Below, in pieces: positions 40,277 through 49,938 of a DNA stretch of 64,000 bases. Below the pieces are notes generated by a model. The model searched no databases. It was not told where the DNA came from and saw nothing but the letters and a program-made list of their open reading frames with translations. Numbering within the stretch: the stretch's first letter is position 1; each line of letters begins with the position of its first letter. Source of the stretch: Candidatus Thorarchaeota archaeon (GTDB taxonomy: Archaea; Asgardarchaeota; Thorarchaeia; Thorarchaeales; Thorarchaeaceae); NCBI GenBank assembly GCA_046758445.1, contig JBHIAE010000005.1, forward strand, positions 37,070 to 101,069. The letters run 5' to 3'. The position numbers and the translations under genes were made by a program.

Positions 40277-43200
40277 ATGAGAAGAAATGGATTAGTCTTC
40301 ATGTTTACTGTTGTCCTATTTGGATTCATTTTGTCAATGCCAACTAGCTCCTTCGTGTCTATTGGAGCACAGAATCTTGATCAGCGTCCTTATTCGAAGT
40401 ATGAATTGTCGGGGTTTGGCGACAACCTAGAGGACTTTGTGGATCAGACTTCAGACCTTCACGCACCGGCGGACTTGGGCACACACTCGACATTTTCGGA
40501 TATCCAAGACTATGGAGTCAACTACGACCAAATGCAGGAAGAAGACACAGGTGGCATAGGTGGCGGGGTCCTAGTTGAAGACTACCTAGATCAGACAAGC
40601 GACGTTGATATTTCGCCAGACTTGGGCAGTCACGGTGCATTTGCAGACCTTCAAGATACCGATGATACCTACGACCTGCTGTCAGAGGCTCTGCCTACGG
40701 CGCCTCCTGTTTTCCAAAGCAGTGCAGAGTCTTGGTCTGCAGTAGGTCAAGCTGGCCACAGTTTCAACTACACTCTTACTACCTTTTCTGGCGATAATCG
40801 ACTTGTTGTTGTTGGAGTCGCTTGGGAAGACGCCGAGGCAACTGCAGATGTTACAGATATCACTTTCAACTCTGTATCAATCGCTACAGAACAAATCGCA
40901 GAGATAGTCGCTGATGTAGGATTCTCTACGTATGTGGCTGGTTGGTATATACTTGACGCGAATCTGCCTTCAAAAGCTGGGTCCTACAACATAACTGTCA
41001 CTGTAAGTGAAGCTATAACAAGAGAGATCATGGTGTTTGTAGCAGAATACACCGGAGTCGAACAAGAGGCGCCTGACGACACAGGAAGTCACCAGACACC
41101 GAATCCAGGTGATACGACCTTCACAGTCACCGCGAACGAGGACAATGCATTGATTGTTGCTGTTGGGTGTACTGGGGGAACAACCTCCATGACATCGGTG
41201 ACTGGTGGTATCAGCAACCACGAGGATGTATCCGATCCTACAGTTACTTCAGAGGGTGGTGCAATAGCGGACTATATTGGTGCAACATCAGGTGACCACA
41301 CTGTTGGTTGGACTGGACTTGCTACCAGAGCCTGTTCGATCGGTGGTGTCTGGAGTGGTGCTGCCAGTTCATCCGATTATCAGATGGACCTAGAGGTTCA
41401 GTTCACGACAGTTGTCGATTTCTTGATAACTGAAGAGTTGTGTATTAAGACGGGGACATTCTCAGGCTCAGAGGACATCAATGTCACATATTGGAGCGGG
41501 TCTTCTTGGACAAGCATTGCCTCCGATTTGACTGCTAGTCAGTGGAACAACTTCACAGTCTCATTGACAAGTTCAACCTTCGCAATCAAGTTTGGTGGAT
41601 CGTCCACAACCTCTGATGCAGTGTTAGACACTTGGAACATTGATTCAGTCCTACTTCAGGTTTCAGGAGCTGGATCGAAAGAGGACGTAGTGGATGTACA
41701 GAGCGATGTAGATGGTTCTGCTGATGTTGGGACTCACAGCTCATTTGCAGAGATGCAGACCGCCGACCTCACGTATGATACATTGACGGAAATCGACACC
41801 GCCGGTTCACTGTCAGGAACTGTCGGCTACACGTTTCCAGGCTTCACCGATCTAAATCAACTTGAGATAAATGAGATAATACTCTGTCAGTTCTCTCTTG
41901 GAGAAGACAATGTCAACGTGTATAGCATGAGTGCTTACGGAAGGATTGATGCCGGCTTTGGTACAGAAGTAGTCAGATATCTGATATACGCTGACAGTGC
42001 TGGTTCCCCTGGGGCCTATCTAGGCCCAACCAACCAGGGCACTTGGACCGCATCAGCAAGTTGGACTACATTAGATATGGAAACGAATCTCACTTTGAGT
42101 TCTGGCGATTATTGGCTGGGCCTATGGAGCAATGACGAGATAAGGCCCTACTATCAGTTCGGTGCAGCTGGTCAGACTGCCATGAACGTGAGTAGCAGTA
42201 GCTATCCTGCACAGCCGGATCCATTCGGTTCCGTCACTGAATGGCATAATCGGGAGGTTTCAGTGTATTTCAGTTGGGACAAGGATCTTCCAAATAACTA
42301 TGAACTCGATCTTGAGGTTCAATTCACTGATATTCCATATCTGTTGCCTGTTGAGAAGCTCTGCATTTACGCGGGAGCCGTTGATGCCGAGGACATTATT
42401 GTTCAAATTCGGACTGATGGTGGCACATGGTCAAACGTAACTACTGATCTGACGGGCTCATCTTGGAACAATCACACGATCAAACTCAATACCACCACCC
42501 TGACCATACGTTTCATCGACGGTACGCCGACCGGTGATACTAGTCAGGGAACATGGCAGATTGACATCGCTCTGATGTATCTCGAACATCCAGGTGGCGG
42601 TGCTGGCTCCATTTCATTTAGGGCCTTTGCAGCCGCAGTCGGACAAGACACCACTTCTGTCATAATCAATAAACCCAGTGGAACGATACAGAACGATGTG
42701 ATGGTGTGTACGGTCTTAACTACCGGTGGAACTGGAGTGACTTTCACGCTGACAGGATGGACTATCATTCAACGACACGATAGCGGAACAACACTCGCTC
42801 AGGCACAGTATTACAAGGTCGCAGGTGCAAGCGAACCAGCAACATATACCATTTCATTCAGTCCACAAGTTGTTGGAGCGGCTGTTGGTATCGCAACCTA
42901 CATTGGAGTGGACACCACAACTCCAATAGACGCGTACAGTGGGCAGGTAAATGCTGCATCCACAAGTGTCACAGCCCCTTCTATCACTACGACATCAGCA
43001 AATGCTATGCTAGTAGGAGGATTTGGGACTTTCGTACAGACTACTATCACACCAGCCACAGGCATGACAGAACGCTATGATATTGTCGGTGGAATCGGTG
43101 GTGACGACCAAATAACGGATGAGGTAGCTGATGAAGTAAAAGCCACAGCAGGCGCAACTGGAACACGAGTAGCCACTGCAGGACTAAGTGCGGTTAGTAT

Positions 43201-46200
43201 CGGACAACTGATTGCTCTGAAACCCGCTGCACCGACTAACTACATGCTAGACCTAGAGGTTGGATGGACGGCAGCCGATTTCGATGAAACGAATGAGGAA
43301 TTATGTATCTATCCAGTCACAGGTGGTGGTTGGCCTTCTGAAGACATCAAGGTGGATGTCTGGAATGGTGCATGGACCAACGTGATAGCAGATCTCACTC
43401 CTGACCAATGGAACAATGTGAGCATTAGCAATTATCTTGCGGGGATTACATTTGAGATTCGTTTTCTTGGTGGAACTGAAACAAGTGATACAACTCAGGA
43501 TACTTGGGAGATTGATGCAGTTCTGCTTCATACATGGACACTCAGCTACGCTCCGGCGAATGATCAAGCACCAACTTTGGACAATCCAAGCGACACTGAC
43601 AATATGTATGCTCAATATCTAGAGTATCAGGTCACAGTCTTTGTTTCTGACCAGAATGGTTTCGCAGACATAGACTACCTAGAGATCGGATTATGGGACA
43701 ATAGTCAAACTACAGAATACTGTCGATTCAGATACGATGAGGATACAAATACATTCACTGAGGAATATGATGGTGGGACCTATGTGTCCCTCAATTCAGG
43801 AGGCTCCTCGGCAGTTGAGAGTGGTAATGACATTGATGCAACTTTCTACTTCACTATAGATTGGGACTTCCCTGATGCCACAGATCTTGATGCACAATGC
43901 TACGTCATTGATACACAGACGGAATCAACCAACACATGGTTTGAGGTCGATTGGGACGTGGAAACACGTCTGGACTACTCTGTCACTCCAAGCATAGATG
44001 ATGGCCTTGGTACACCTGACAGAGGCAATCTAGACGGTTCCTTCTCATTGACTGGAACCGTTGTCTACTACATGTCAGTAGATGACAATCCATCATCCGC
44101 TATTGTCGATGTATTTGTATCAGGTTCTGAATACGGAACAAACGCAGGCCCCTGGAACGATTTGACACTTAGTTCGGGGGTCTTTGATGTAACGTGCTAT
44201 GCAGACGATCTAGTAGGTCAAGATACTTACACAGTCAAGGTTGTTGAGGAAGGAGCAGGTGCGGGCGGCACGGACCTTTACTACTCAACAAGTGTTACGG
44301 ACACATACATAGCAGATAGTGTTCAGGTTCAATCCTACTCTGTTGGTGATGATAGAGTAAACGTAAATGATAATGTGAATATTGATGTGACTCTGTACTA
44401 TGACTACGATGATACAGTTGTTACAGATGGGGCAGTGACAATCAATACTATATCCGCGACTCACCAGGGTGCAGGTGTCTGGAGAATCACTGACTCAGAA
44501 GCAGCTGTAATGGCGAATACCTACGACATTGTTGCATATTCTGGTGGAATCCATGGACTCGCCAATGTTGACCAAAATGGACAGTCCCAGCAAGTAATCT
44601 GGGATCAGATTGTGGTGCAGACAACCGTTGCTGATGATACACGTGTCAACATCAATGACAATGTTGAGGTGCGAGTCACTCTCTGGTTGGCCTACAACAG
44701 CTCATTCCTTGGAGCTGGAGATAGTGTCACACTTGACGATACACCAATGACTTGGGATGCAGCCAACTCTTGGTTCGATCTGACTGTATCACAGACATCT
44801 GTTGGTCTATGGACCTACTTTGTCAATGCAAGCACCGAAGCTACCTTTGGAATCACAGCCATTGACACTAACAGTCAGAGCGTGGATGTCATCTGGGATA
44901 GAGTCCTCGTAGCATCCATAGCGATTGATGAAACCTACGTAGACCTGAACGAATTCGTACAGGTAACAGTCCAACTTGAGCATGAGTATGACCGTAGTTC
45001 AGTATTGAGTGGAACATTCGGCATCAACGGTGAAGCGATGACTCACGTAGGCTCAGGAGTCTGGACTGCTGATGTAATGAGGTCTGCATATCAATCATTG
45101 TCCTTTGATGACTTCACGGAATGCAACGCCGACGCGTACGGAATTACGGGGTATAACATGGATGGCAATAGCGCTACAGCCTACTGGGATAGAATCGAAT
45201 TCTATAGCGGACAGGCCGTCGATGCAAGAATCAATGTTGGCAGCGACGCGACTATCATTTGGGAGGTCCGCCTGGAAACTGCAGGAATCTCAATCACCTC
45301 CGATCTAACGGCAGTCGCAAGCGGGTCGCTGCCGTTGGTCTTCGTGACTGATAGCTGGAGGATTTCAGACTCACAAGGAAACGTCGGAAGTGCTTCTTTC
45401 TCAATCACATCCGCTTCATTCGGAGGAATTGATGCCTTTGTGCAGACCATAGCAGATGTGACTGTGATATGGGACCGCGTGATAGTTGAAACCACAACCG
45501 CTACGCCAGTATCTGTCGAAATCAACCAGCCTCTAGAAGTGCATGTGATGTTAGCTTATGAATATGACAATACGCCGGTGACTGATGGACTTGTCAGTCT
45601 TGATGTAGAAGGTGATTCCATTGGGATGACCTACTCGTTGGGAAATGGCTATTGGTCTGCTGATGTTACAAAGTCAGTGGCTGGTGATTACTCAATCGTG
45701 GTCGCAAGCGTTTCAGGCAATAGCCACGGCATCACCGCACTTAATGTGGATGGAAAACAGGTCGTTGTGCAATTCAGCGGAACCGTCGCCACTCCTGGAA
45801 ACCCCTTGATGCTGCAGATTGCCGTAGTAGGTGGTGCTGGGATTGGTTTGGTCGGCACGGCCATCGTGCTAATGCGACGGCGAAGCGCCAGACCTGCACC
45901 CGCCTTAGGCGAAATTGACCCTATAGCGTTTGGAGTAGGTGACCCAACAGCAGCCGAAGCGACTCCTGAGGAGGCCTTTGTAGAGATAACAGCAGTTACG
46001 GTTACTGAGCCGGAGGAGGTTGGAGCTGTTGTGGCGCAGAAGCCGGTCGTTCAGCCTGAGGTTGACACTGAATCCATAGTCGGCGAAGTTGCGGAACTAG
46101 ATGCGGCTGAGGTTTCTCCTGAAGCTCTGGAGATGGAGGAGGCGACTGTTGTCGAGAAACTAGAAGTGACTCCTGAAGAAGTTCCGACTCCCAAGGAGAT

Positions 46201-46354
46201 TCCCTCAATTCCAAGGAATCTGGCACGACTTACTAAGAGGGAGCTTTTTGACCTCCTTCCTGATGATATCAAGTCGGCTGCACCAGAGCTCAACAAGCTC
46301 AGAAAGAGGGAGCTACTAGATCTCGTCCGGTCACTCATCAGGCCTGAAGAATAG
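40277..46354 (+). CDS. Giant (2025 aa) secreted, repeat-rich surface protein with a C-terminal TM anchor and an acidic cytoplasmic tail
   Basis: N-terminal signal peptide. Three families of internal repeats. A C-terminal hydrophobic helix 'LMLQIAVVGGAGIGLVGTAIVLM' followed by 'RRRSARP' and a 150-aa Glu/Ala/Val/Pro-rich tail. Confidence 0.8.
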   Translation: MRRNGLVFMFTVVLFGFILSMPTSSFVSIGAQNLDQRPYSKYELSGFGDNLEDFVDQTSDLHAPADLGTHSTFSDIQDYGVNYDQMQEEDTGGIGGGVLVEDYLDQTSDVDISPDLGSHGAFADLQDTDDTYDLLSEALPTAPPVFQSSAESWSAVGQAGHSFNYTLTTFSGDNRLVVVGVAWEDAEATADVTDITFNSVSIATEQIAEIVADVGFSTYVAGWYILDANLPSKAGSYNITVTVSEAITREIMVFVAEYTGVEQEAPDDTGSHQTPNPGDTTFTVTANEDNALIVAVGCTGGTTSMTSVTGGISNHEDVSDPTVTSEGGAIADYIGATSGDHTVGWTGLATRACSIGGVWSGAASSSDYQMDLEVQFTTVVDFLITEELCIKTGTFSGSEDINVTYWSGSSWTSIASDLTASQWNNFTVSLTSSTFAIKFGGSSTTSDAVLDTWNIDSVLLQVSGAGSKEDVVDVQSDVDGSADVGTHSSFAEMQTADLTYDTLTEIDTAGSLSGTVGYTFPGFTDLNQLEINEIILCQFSLGEDNVNVYSMSAYGRIDAGFGTEVVRYLIYADSAGSPGAYLGPTNQGTWTASASWTTLDMETNLTLSSGDYWLGLWSNDEIRPYYQFGAAGQTAMNVSSSSYPAQPDPFGSVTEWHNREVSVYFSWDKDLPNNYELDLEVQFTDIPYLLPVEKLCIYAGAVDAEDIIVQIRTDGGTWSNVTTDLTGSSWNNHTIKLNTTTLTIRFIDGTPTGDTSQGTWQIDIALMYLEHPGGGAGSISFRAFAAAVGQDTTSVIINKPSGTIQNDVMVCTVLTTGGTGVTFTLTGWTIIQRHDSGTTLAQAQYYKVAGASEPATYTISFSPQVVGAAVGIATYIGVDTTTPIDAYSGQVNAASTSVTAPSITTTSANAMLVGGFGTFVQTTITPATGMTERYDIVGGIGGDDQITDEVADEVKATAGATGTRVATAGLSAVSIGQLIALKPAAPTNYMLDLEVGWTAADFDETNEELCIYPVTGGGWPSEDIKVDVWNGAWTNVIADLTPDQWNNVSISNYLAGITFEIRFLGGTETSDTTQDTWEIDAVLLHTWTLSYAPANDQAPTLDNPSDTDNMYAQYLEYQVTVFVSDQNGFADIDYLEIGLWDNSQTTEYCRFRYDEDTNTFTEEYDGGTYVSLNSGGSSAVESGNDIDATFYFTIDWDFPDATDLDAQCYVIDTQTESTNTWFEVDWDVETRLDYSVTPSIDDGLGTPDRGNLDGSFSLTGTVVYYMSVDDNPSSAIVDVFVSGSEYGTNAGPWNDLTLSSGVFDVTCYADDLVGQDTYTVKVVEEGAGAGGTDLYYSTSVTDTYIADSVQVQSYSVGDDRVNVNDNVNIDVTLYYDYDDTVVTDGAVTINTISATHQGAGVWRITDSEAAVMANTYDIVAYSGGIHGLANVDQNGQSQQVIWDQIVVQTTVADDTRVNINDNVEVRVTLWLAYNSSFLGAGDSVTLDDTPMTWDAANSWFDLTVSQTSVGLWTYFVNASTEATFGITAIDTNSQSVDVIWDRVLVASIAIDETYVDLNEFVQVTVQLEHEYDRSSVLSGTFGINGEAMTHVGSGVWTADVMRSAYQSLSFDDFTECNADAYGITGYNMDGNSATAYWDRIEFYSGQAVDARINVGSDATIIWEVRLETAGISITSDLTAVASGSLPLVFVTDSWRISDSQGNVGSASFSITSASFGGIDAFVQTIADVTVIWDRVIVETTTATPVSVEINQPLEVHVMLAYEYDNTPVTDGLVSLDVEGDSIGMTYSLGNGYWSADVTKSVAGDYSIVVASVSGNSHGITALNVDGKQVVVQFSGTVATPGNPLMLQIAVVGGAGIGLVGTAIVLMRRRSARPAPALGEIDPIAFGVGDPTAAEATPEEAFVEITAVTVTEPEEVGAVVAQKPVVQPEVDTESIVGEVAELDAAEVSPEALEMEEATVVEKLEVTPEEVPTPKEIPSIPRNLARLTKRELFDLLPDDIKSAAPELNKLRKRELLDLVRSLIRPEE
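40430..40690 (+). repeat. Two tandem copies of a 38-aa acidic motif (D-Q-T-S-D...DLG-[TS]-H..F-[SA]-D-[IL]-Q...Y-D). A third copy lies at 41681-41797.
   Basis: Peptide alignment of aa 52-90, 101-138 and about 469-507 of the giant ORF. The DNA copies are diverged. Confidence 0.6.
41378..43530 (+). repeat. Three dispersed ~95-aa modules (Y-x-[ML]-DLEV-x-[FW]-T ... W-[NQ]-ID-x-[VA]-L-[LM]) starting at 41378, 42299 and 43241
   Basis: The conserved start, a central 'EDI.V..W.G..W.N[VI].[AT]DLT..QWNN' core and a 'DTW.ID.VLL' end recur with a ~920-940 bp period. Confidence 0.55.
44300..45760 (+). repeat. About five tandem ~290-bp (about 97-aa) coding repeats with a 'V-I-W-D-[RQ]-[IV]-x-V' lead and 'V.V.L..EYD...V.DG.V' core
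   Basis: Lead motifs at 44594, 44888, 45181 and 45464, plus a degenerate first unit from about 44310. Confidence 0.6.
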
Positions 46355-46393
46355 AAGTTTCGAAGGGTTAATGAACGACTCATTCCACGGTGT

Positions 46394-47071
46394 GTGTGTT
46401 CAGATCTTCTAGATTGGCAACCGAAGTCGGAAGTGGTCATATTGCTAGATATCCATGAGCTAGACTCAGAACTTGGGCTTGGGGATGTTGGTGGTTGGAA
46501 GCGGGGAGTAAGGGTTCTTGGAGTTTCGGAGAGCTTTCTCCGTTCAGACCTGAAGAGCAATGTCGCAGGTGTTGTCATGAGGGGCGACATGCGAATCGAT
46601 GGCGTAGGATTCTGCGAACCAACGGTCGGAGGAACAGATGCAACTGACCAGCTCATATTGATGTTCAATCGACTGGCGCGGGGAGACATTAGGGCCTGGA
46701 TGCTGGGGGGCTGTATCATTTCGTGGTTCAATACTGTAAACTCGGTGAGGCTCTTTGAAGCGACAGGAGTCCCTGTAGTGTGTGTTTCTTACAATCCGTC
46801 GGAAGGGATTGAGAAATACTTGCGCGAGTATTTCCCCAACAGCTGGCAGGAGCGAGTCAGTCAGATGGACAGAGGAGGTCCGAGAGAACAGGTTCTTCTG
46901 AAGACCGGTCATGAAGTGTTTGTCGCGACAGCAGGGCTTACCACCAAGAAAGCACACCGTCTGGTGGATCAGTTCACTCTAGATGGAAGAATCCCCGAGC
47001 CGATTCGTGTTGCTCGTATCCTAGCCTCAGCCCTCAAACGGGATTTCAGCCTGGTCAGTGAAAGAACCTAA
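46394..47071 (+). CDS. Hypothetical protein, possibly UPF0215/DUF99 family
   Basis: 225 aa with N-terminal 'VRVLGVSESF', reminiscent of archaeal DUF99 starts. The assignment is from memory only. Confidence 0.35.
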   Translation: MCSDLLDWQPKSEVVILLDIHELDSELGLGDVGGWKRGVRVLGVSESFLRSDLKSNVAGVVMRGDMRIDGVGFCEPTVGGTDATDQLILMFNRLARGDIRAWMLGGCIISWFNTVNSVRLFEATGVPVVCVSYNPSEGIEKYLREYFPNSWQERVSQMDRGGPREQVLLKTGHEVFVATAGLTTKKAHRLVDQFTLDGRIPEPIRVARILASALKRDFSLVSERT

Positions 47072-47091
47072 GAGTCAAGGCCAGGGTGATA

Positions 47092-47706
47092 CTACGTACT
47101 CTCACCAACTCTTGTTGACCCATGCTCTTCTTCAAGTTCCTTGCACAGATCCATCGCGAACGCTATGCCCAACTCCTCTAATCGATCCCTGCCCGAGTCA
47201 TAGAACCCTTGAAGAAGACTAGGGGAAACTCCAGATCTCTCCATTGAGATAGCGTGCACAAGCATGTCCAATACATCTGCCGAGCCAACGATCCTTGCTT
47301 CTAGCGAGATTCCTTCACGGTACACGCCCCACTGGTCGCGAAGAATACCTCCCAGGTCGCCCAGGGGAGCCACAATTGATTCTAATGCTCTCGCTTCAAG
47401 GGCTGACTTCTCAACTACGAATCCTTTAGTATACACTGTGTCCGGTGCGGATGGAATATCGGAAACAACTGCCTCCCCCAAGTCATGAAGAATGGCCATA
47501 GCGAGTGTTTCTCCCAAATCAATTTCCTTTCCCTCTTCTTCGAGTTTCTTTGCGAGTAACAACGAAATCAATGCAGTGCCATAGGAGTGCTCTGCTACCG
47601 ACTCGAAGACAAGACAGTCTACTCCTGCAGTCGCCCATCCAGCTCTCTGCAGGCTCTTCAGAATCTCTCCTTTCATGAAGAAGGAAATGGCATCCAGAGC
47701 TATCAT
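47092..47706 (-). CDS. HD-domain phosphohydrolase (YfbR-like 5'-nucleotidase type)
   Basis: 'AEHSYGTALISLLLA' (His) and 'AILHDLGEAVVSDIP' (HD) motifs at the canonical spacing. Confidence 0.75.
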   Translation of the reverse strand: MIALDAISFFMKGEILKSLQRAGWATAGVDCLVFESVAEHSYGTALISLLLAKKLEEEGKEIDLGETLAMAILHDLGEAVVSDIPSAPDTVYTKGFVVEKSALEARALESIVAPLGDLGGILRDQWGVYREGISLEARIVGSADVLDMLVHAISMERSGVSPSLLQGFYDSGRDRLEELGIAFAMDLCKELEEEHGSTRVGEST

Positions 47707-47773
47707 ATCGAGCAGTTTGAGAGCATTAGTTATAAGTAGTGGAGGTGCAAGAGCCTTCGCACCGATTTGAGAG

Positions 47774-48499
47774 ATGAGGGATATGCCGGAAAAGACTCTC
47801 GCAGAGGTGGCAACACTTCTTGAGGAAGCACTTGAGCTTCATAAATCTGTAAGGCAAGTCGTTCTCTCAACCAGGGAAGGTGTCGTCGTGGCTTCGGTTG
47901 GCCGAGACGAAGAGCTTGACTCGAAAGTACTCTCGACCATCTCTGCTGCTCTTGTTTGGGCCGGTTCAACCGCTCTCGATAGCATTGGTTCAACGAAACC
48001 AAAATACCTCATCCAATCTACGAGCATTGAACGTATTCTCACAATACTGGAACCGAACTATTTTCTCGTGGTTGTGATCTCAAAAGCCGCTGATGCTGGT
48101 GCAGATATGGATGAGTTGTTGTCCAAGTTCCAGTCTGTTGCGACAAGGATGGAGCTATTGATGAGCTCAACCAGCGACTTCGGACAGCAAACAACCATTG
48201 GACGCATTCTTGAGGAACTCCCAGGGATTTCTCAGGCAATGCTCCTGACTGAGGAAGGTATGCCCTTAGGATCAGTGGGGTTTGAAGACCCAATAGAACT
48301 CGCTGGACTCGCGAGTTCAATATTCTCGAACGGGCTCACCTTTTCGCCAGACACCGATTACATAACAATGACTGCTGGGGAACTTGAACTGATGGTCGCC
48401 CGAGCAGATGAGAGTCGGCTGGTCATGGTAGCTAGCCGGGGCCAGAATCCAGCTGAATTGGCGCAGAAAGTGCGAAACATCGTCGAGGGTCTGAGCTAG
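47774..48499 (+). CDS. Tandem Roadblock/LC7 domain protein (two Roadblock folds in one polypeptide)
   Basis: The Roadblock-like pattern occurs twice, in aa 1-120 ('VVLSTREGVVVASVG...LVWAGSTALD...LVVVISKAAD') and aa 121-241 ('AMLLTEEGMPLGSVG...LASSIFSNGL...LVMVASRG'). Confidence 0.65.
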   Translation: MRDMPEKTLAEVATLLEEALELHKSVRQVVLSTREGVVVASVGRDEELDSKVLSTISAALVWAGSTALDSIGSTKPKYLIQSTSIERILTILEPNYFLVVVISKAADAGADMDELLSKFQSVATRMELLMSSTSDFGQQTTIGRILEELPGISQAMLLTEEGMPLGSVGFEDPIELAGLASSIFSNGLTFSPDTDYITMTAGELELMVARADESRLVMVASRGQNPAELAQKVRNIVEGLS

Positions 48500-49209
48500 G
48501 CTCCTTTTGCCTCTGCCTCTTCCAAGGGCCTATCTGTTTCTGTTATGGACTCATCGTCCTCAACATCTCGAAACTGCCATTCTGTCAAGTTGATGGTTAT
48601 GAAGCAGTCCTTTCCTCGTTCAGGGCAGTCGATTCGTATCGTGACGTGGTCTTCCGTTGATTCTCTGATTTCAGGGTTCAAGCATCCGTCTTCAAGCTTC
48701 TCCATCAAGAACATTACAAATGCTTCGGAAATCGTGTTTAGACTTCCCTTGAGAAGTGCTTGGCCGAGTTCATCCAAATAGTGTCTCTTCTTACGACCTT
48801 CTTTCTTGACCTTGACCAGGCCTACCTCTTCCATCCTTGAGACGTGCCATCTCACCGTATCATGATGTACGCCAAGGGTTTCGGCCATTTGTTCCTGGTA
48901 ACACGAAGGGTTGTTCACGATATAGGCAAAGATATTCTGAGCAGTTTCACTTCGCATCGTGAGGTATGCCATCTCTGCTTCTCGAGACCTCAACATCTTT
49001 GGATAATAGAGTCGTTTTCCCGCGAACTTGATTGACTTCACTAGTCCCTCCCGTTCTAGAATCCTGAGATGCCACGTCAAGGTGCCTAGAGGCGATTCGA
49101 GTAGCTCCACTAGTTCGAGAAGGTAAGTTCCCGGGTTCTCACATAGAACTTGGTACAAGTCGCGTCGAAAGGGATGAAGAAGTAGTGCCATGCGTTTCTG
49201 ACGACCCAT
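48496..49209 (-). CDS. Transcriptional regulator with two or three winged-HTH (ArsR/TrmB-like) domains
   Basis: Repeated 'Y..IL..L....PGTY..ELVELL.SPLGTLTWHLRILEREGLV'-type wHTH segments. Overlaps the upstream convergent gene by 4 nt. Confidence 0.6.
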   Translation of the reverse strand: MGRQKRMALLLHPFRRDLYQVLCENPGTYLLELVELLESPLGTLTWHLRILEREGLVKSIKFAGKRLYYPKMLRSREAEMAYLTMRSETAQNIFAYIVNNPSCYQEQMAETLGVHHDTVRWHVSRMEEVGLVKVKKEGRKKRHYLDELGQALLKGSLNTISEAFVMFLMEKLEDGCLNPEIRESTEDHVTIRIDCPERGKDCFITINLTEWQFRDVEDDESITETDRPLEEAEAKGA

Positions 49210-49255
49210 TGTACCGGCCTCTCGTCCTGCTCCCTGACATTCATGAGTGAAGGGT

Positions 49256-49265
49256 GATTAAAATG
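49256..49265 (-). promoter_or_regulatory. TATA-like element (minus-strand CATTTTAATC) about 50 nt upstream of the regulator start codon
   Basis: The only strong AT-rich octamer in the 249-bp spacer. Confidence 0.3.
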
Positions 49266-49458
49266 CTTCGACAAGCGATTATAGACTCCCGTGATACTGA
49301 ATCCTATACTTCAATCATTGGGTGATTCCTGCTTTCTAATGGCCTTGATGAGGAGGCCACGTGAGCGGAACTACAAGAGGAATCGCTCAGCTCATGCTCA
49401 GTGATATTGGAGTCAATCCTGGCTTGCCGCGAAACATGTCAAAAACACTTGGCGGGGA

Positions 49459-49845
49459 TTAATCTCTATCGCCTGTTTCCCCAATTCTGATTGCCCTCAT
49501 CTCAGAGGCAATCACATTCCCAGCTTCAAACCCTTCTCGGATGTTTACTGCGTCTTCATCCTCTAGTTCAAAGACACCAATCAACTGGTTCCTGTCCGAC
49601 AACGCCCACTGCCCGTAGACGGTGATTCCCGAATCAGTTTCGCATTCTAGAAGACCTAGAGTCCCGGAACTCGACCACCAACTCAGGCACTTACCAATGA
49701 AACCAAGTCTTGAGATGAGATCGTTCCATAGGTTTGCAAGTTTCGTTGGACCAAACTTGTTCCTGAATGTAATGAGGAAGTGTCCTTCCTTTCCTTGAAT
49801 CTCTCTCTCAATAGTTTCTATCTCATTCTTTGTAAAGAGTGCCAT
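49459..49845 (-). CDS. Hypothetical protein
   Basis: 128-aa ORF co-oriented with and upstream of the regulator. Confidence 0.4.
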   Translation of the reverse strand: MALFTKNEIETIEREIQGKEGHFLITFRNKFGPTKLANLWNDLISRLGFIGKCLSWWSSSGTLGLLECETDSGITVYGQWALSDRNQLIGVFELEDEDAVNIREGFEAGNVIASEMRAIRIGETGDRD

Positions 49846-49938
49846 TGATGGTCTTGTAAGGCAACGTAGACTGAAGTTAAAAGCACCGCGCTATGGATAA
49901 AAGGCAGCATTACTGTGTCGATGAGAGGCTGAGAGATC

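Noticed and set aside
40277-46354. CRISPR-like periodicity in the 40-46 kb region
   Set aside because: The periodic sequence is in-frame coding repeats of a single 2025-aa ORF. The units are ~290 bp or longer and diverged. There are no short direct repeats with unique spacers and no cas genes anywhere.
46051-46731. 226-aa Ser/Thr-rich ORF on the minus strand
   Set aside because: It is antisense to the Glu/Ala-rich tail of the giant gene and to the start of the next gene. It is low-complexity and mirrors the sense-strand codons. It is spurious.
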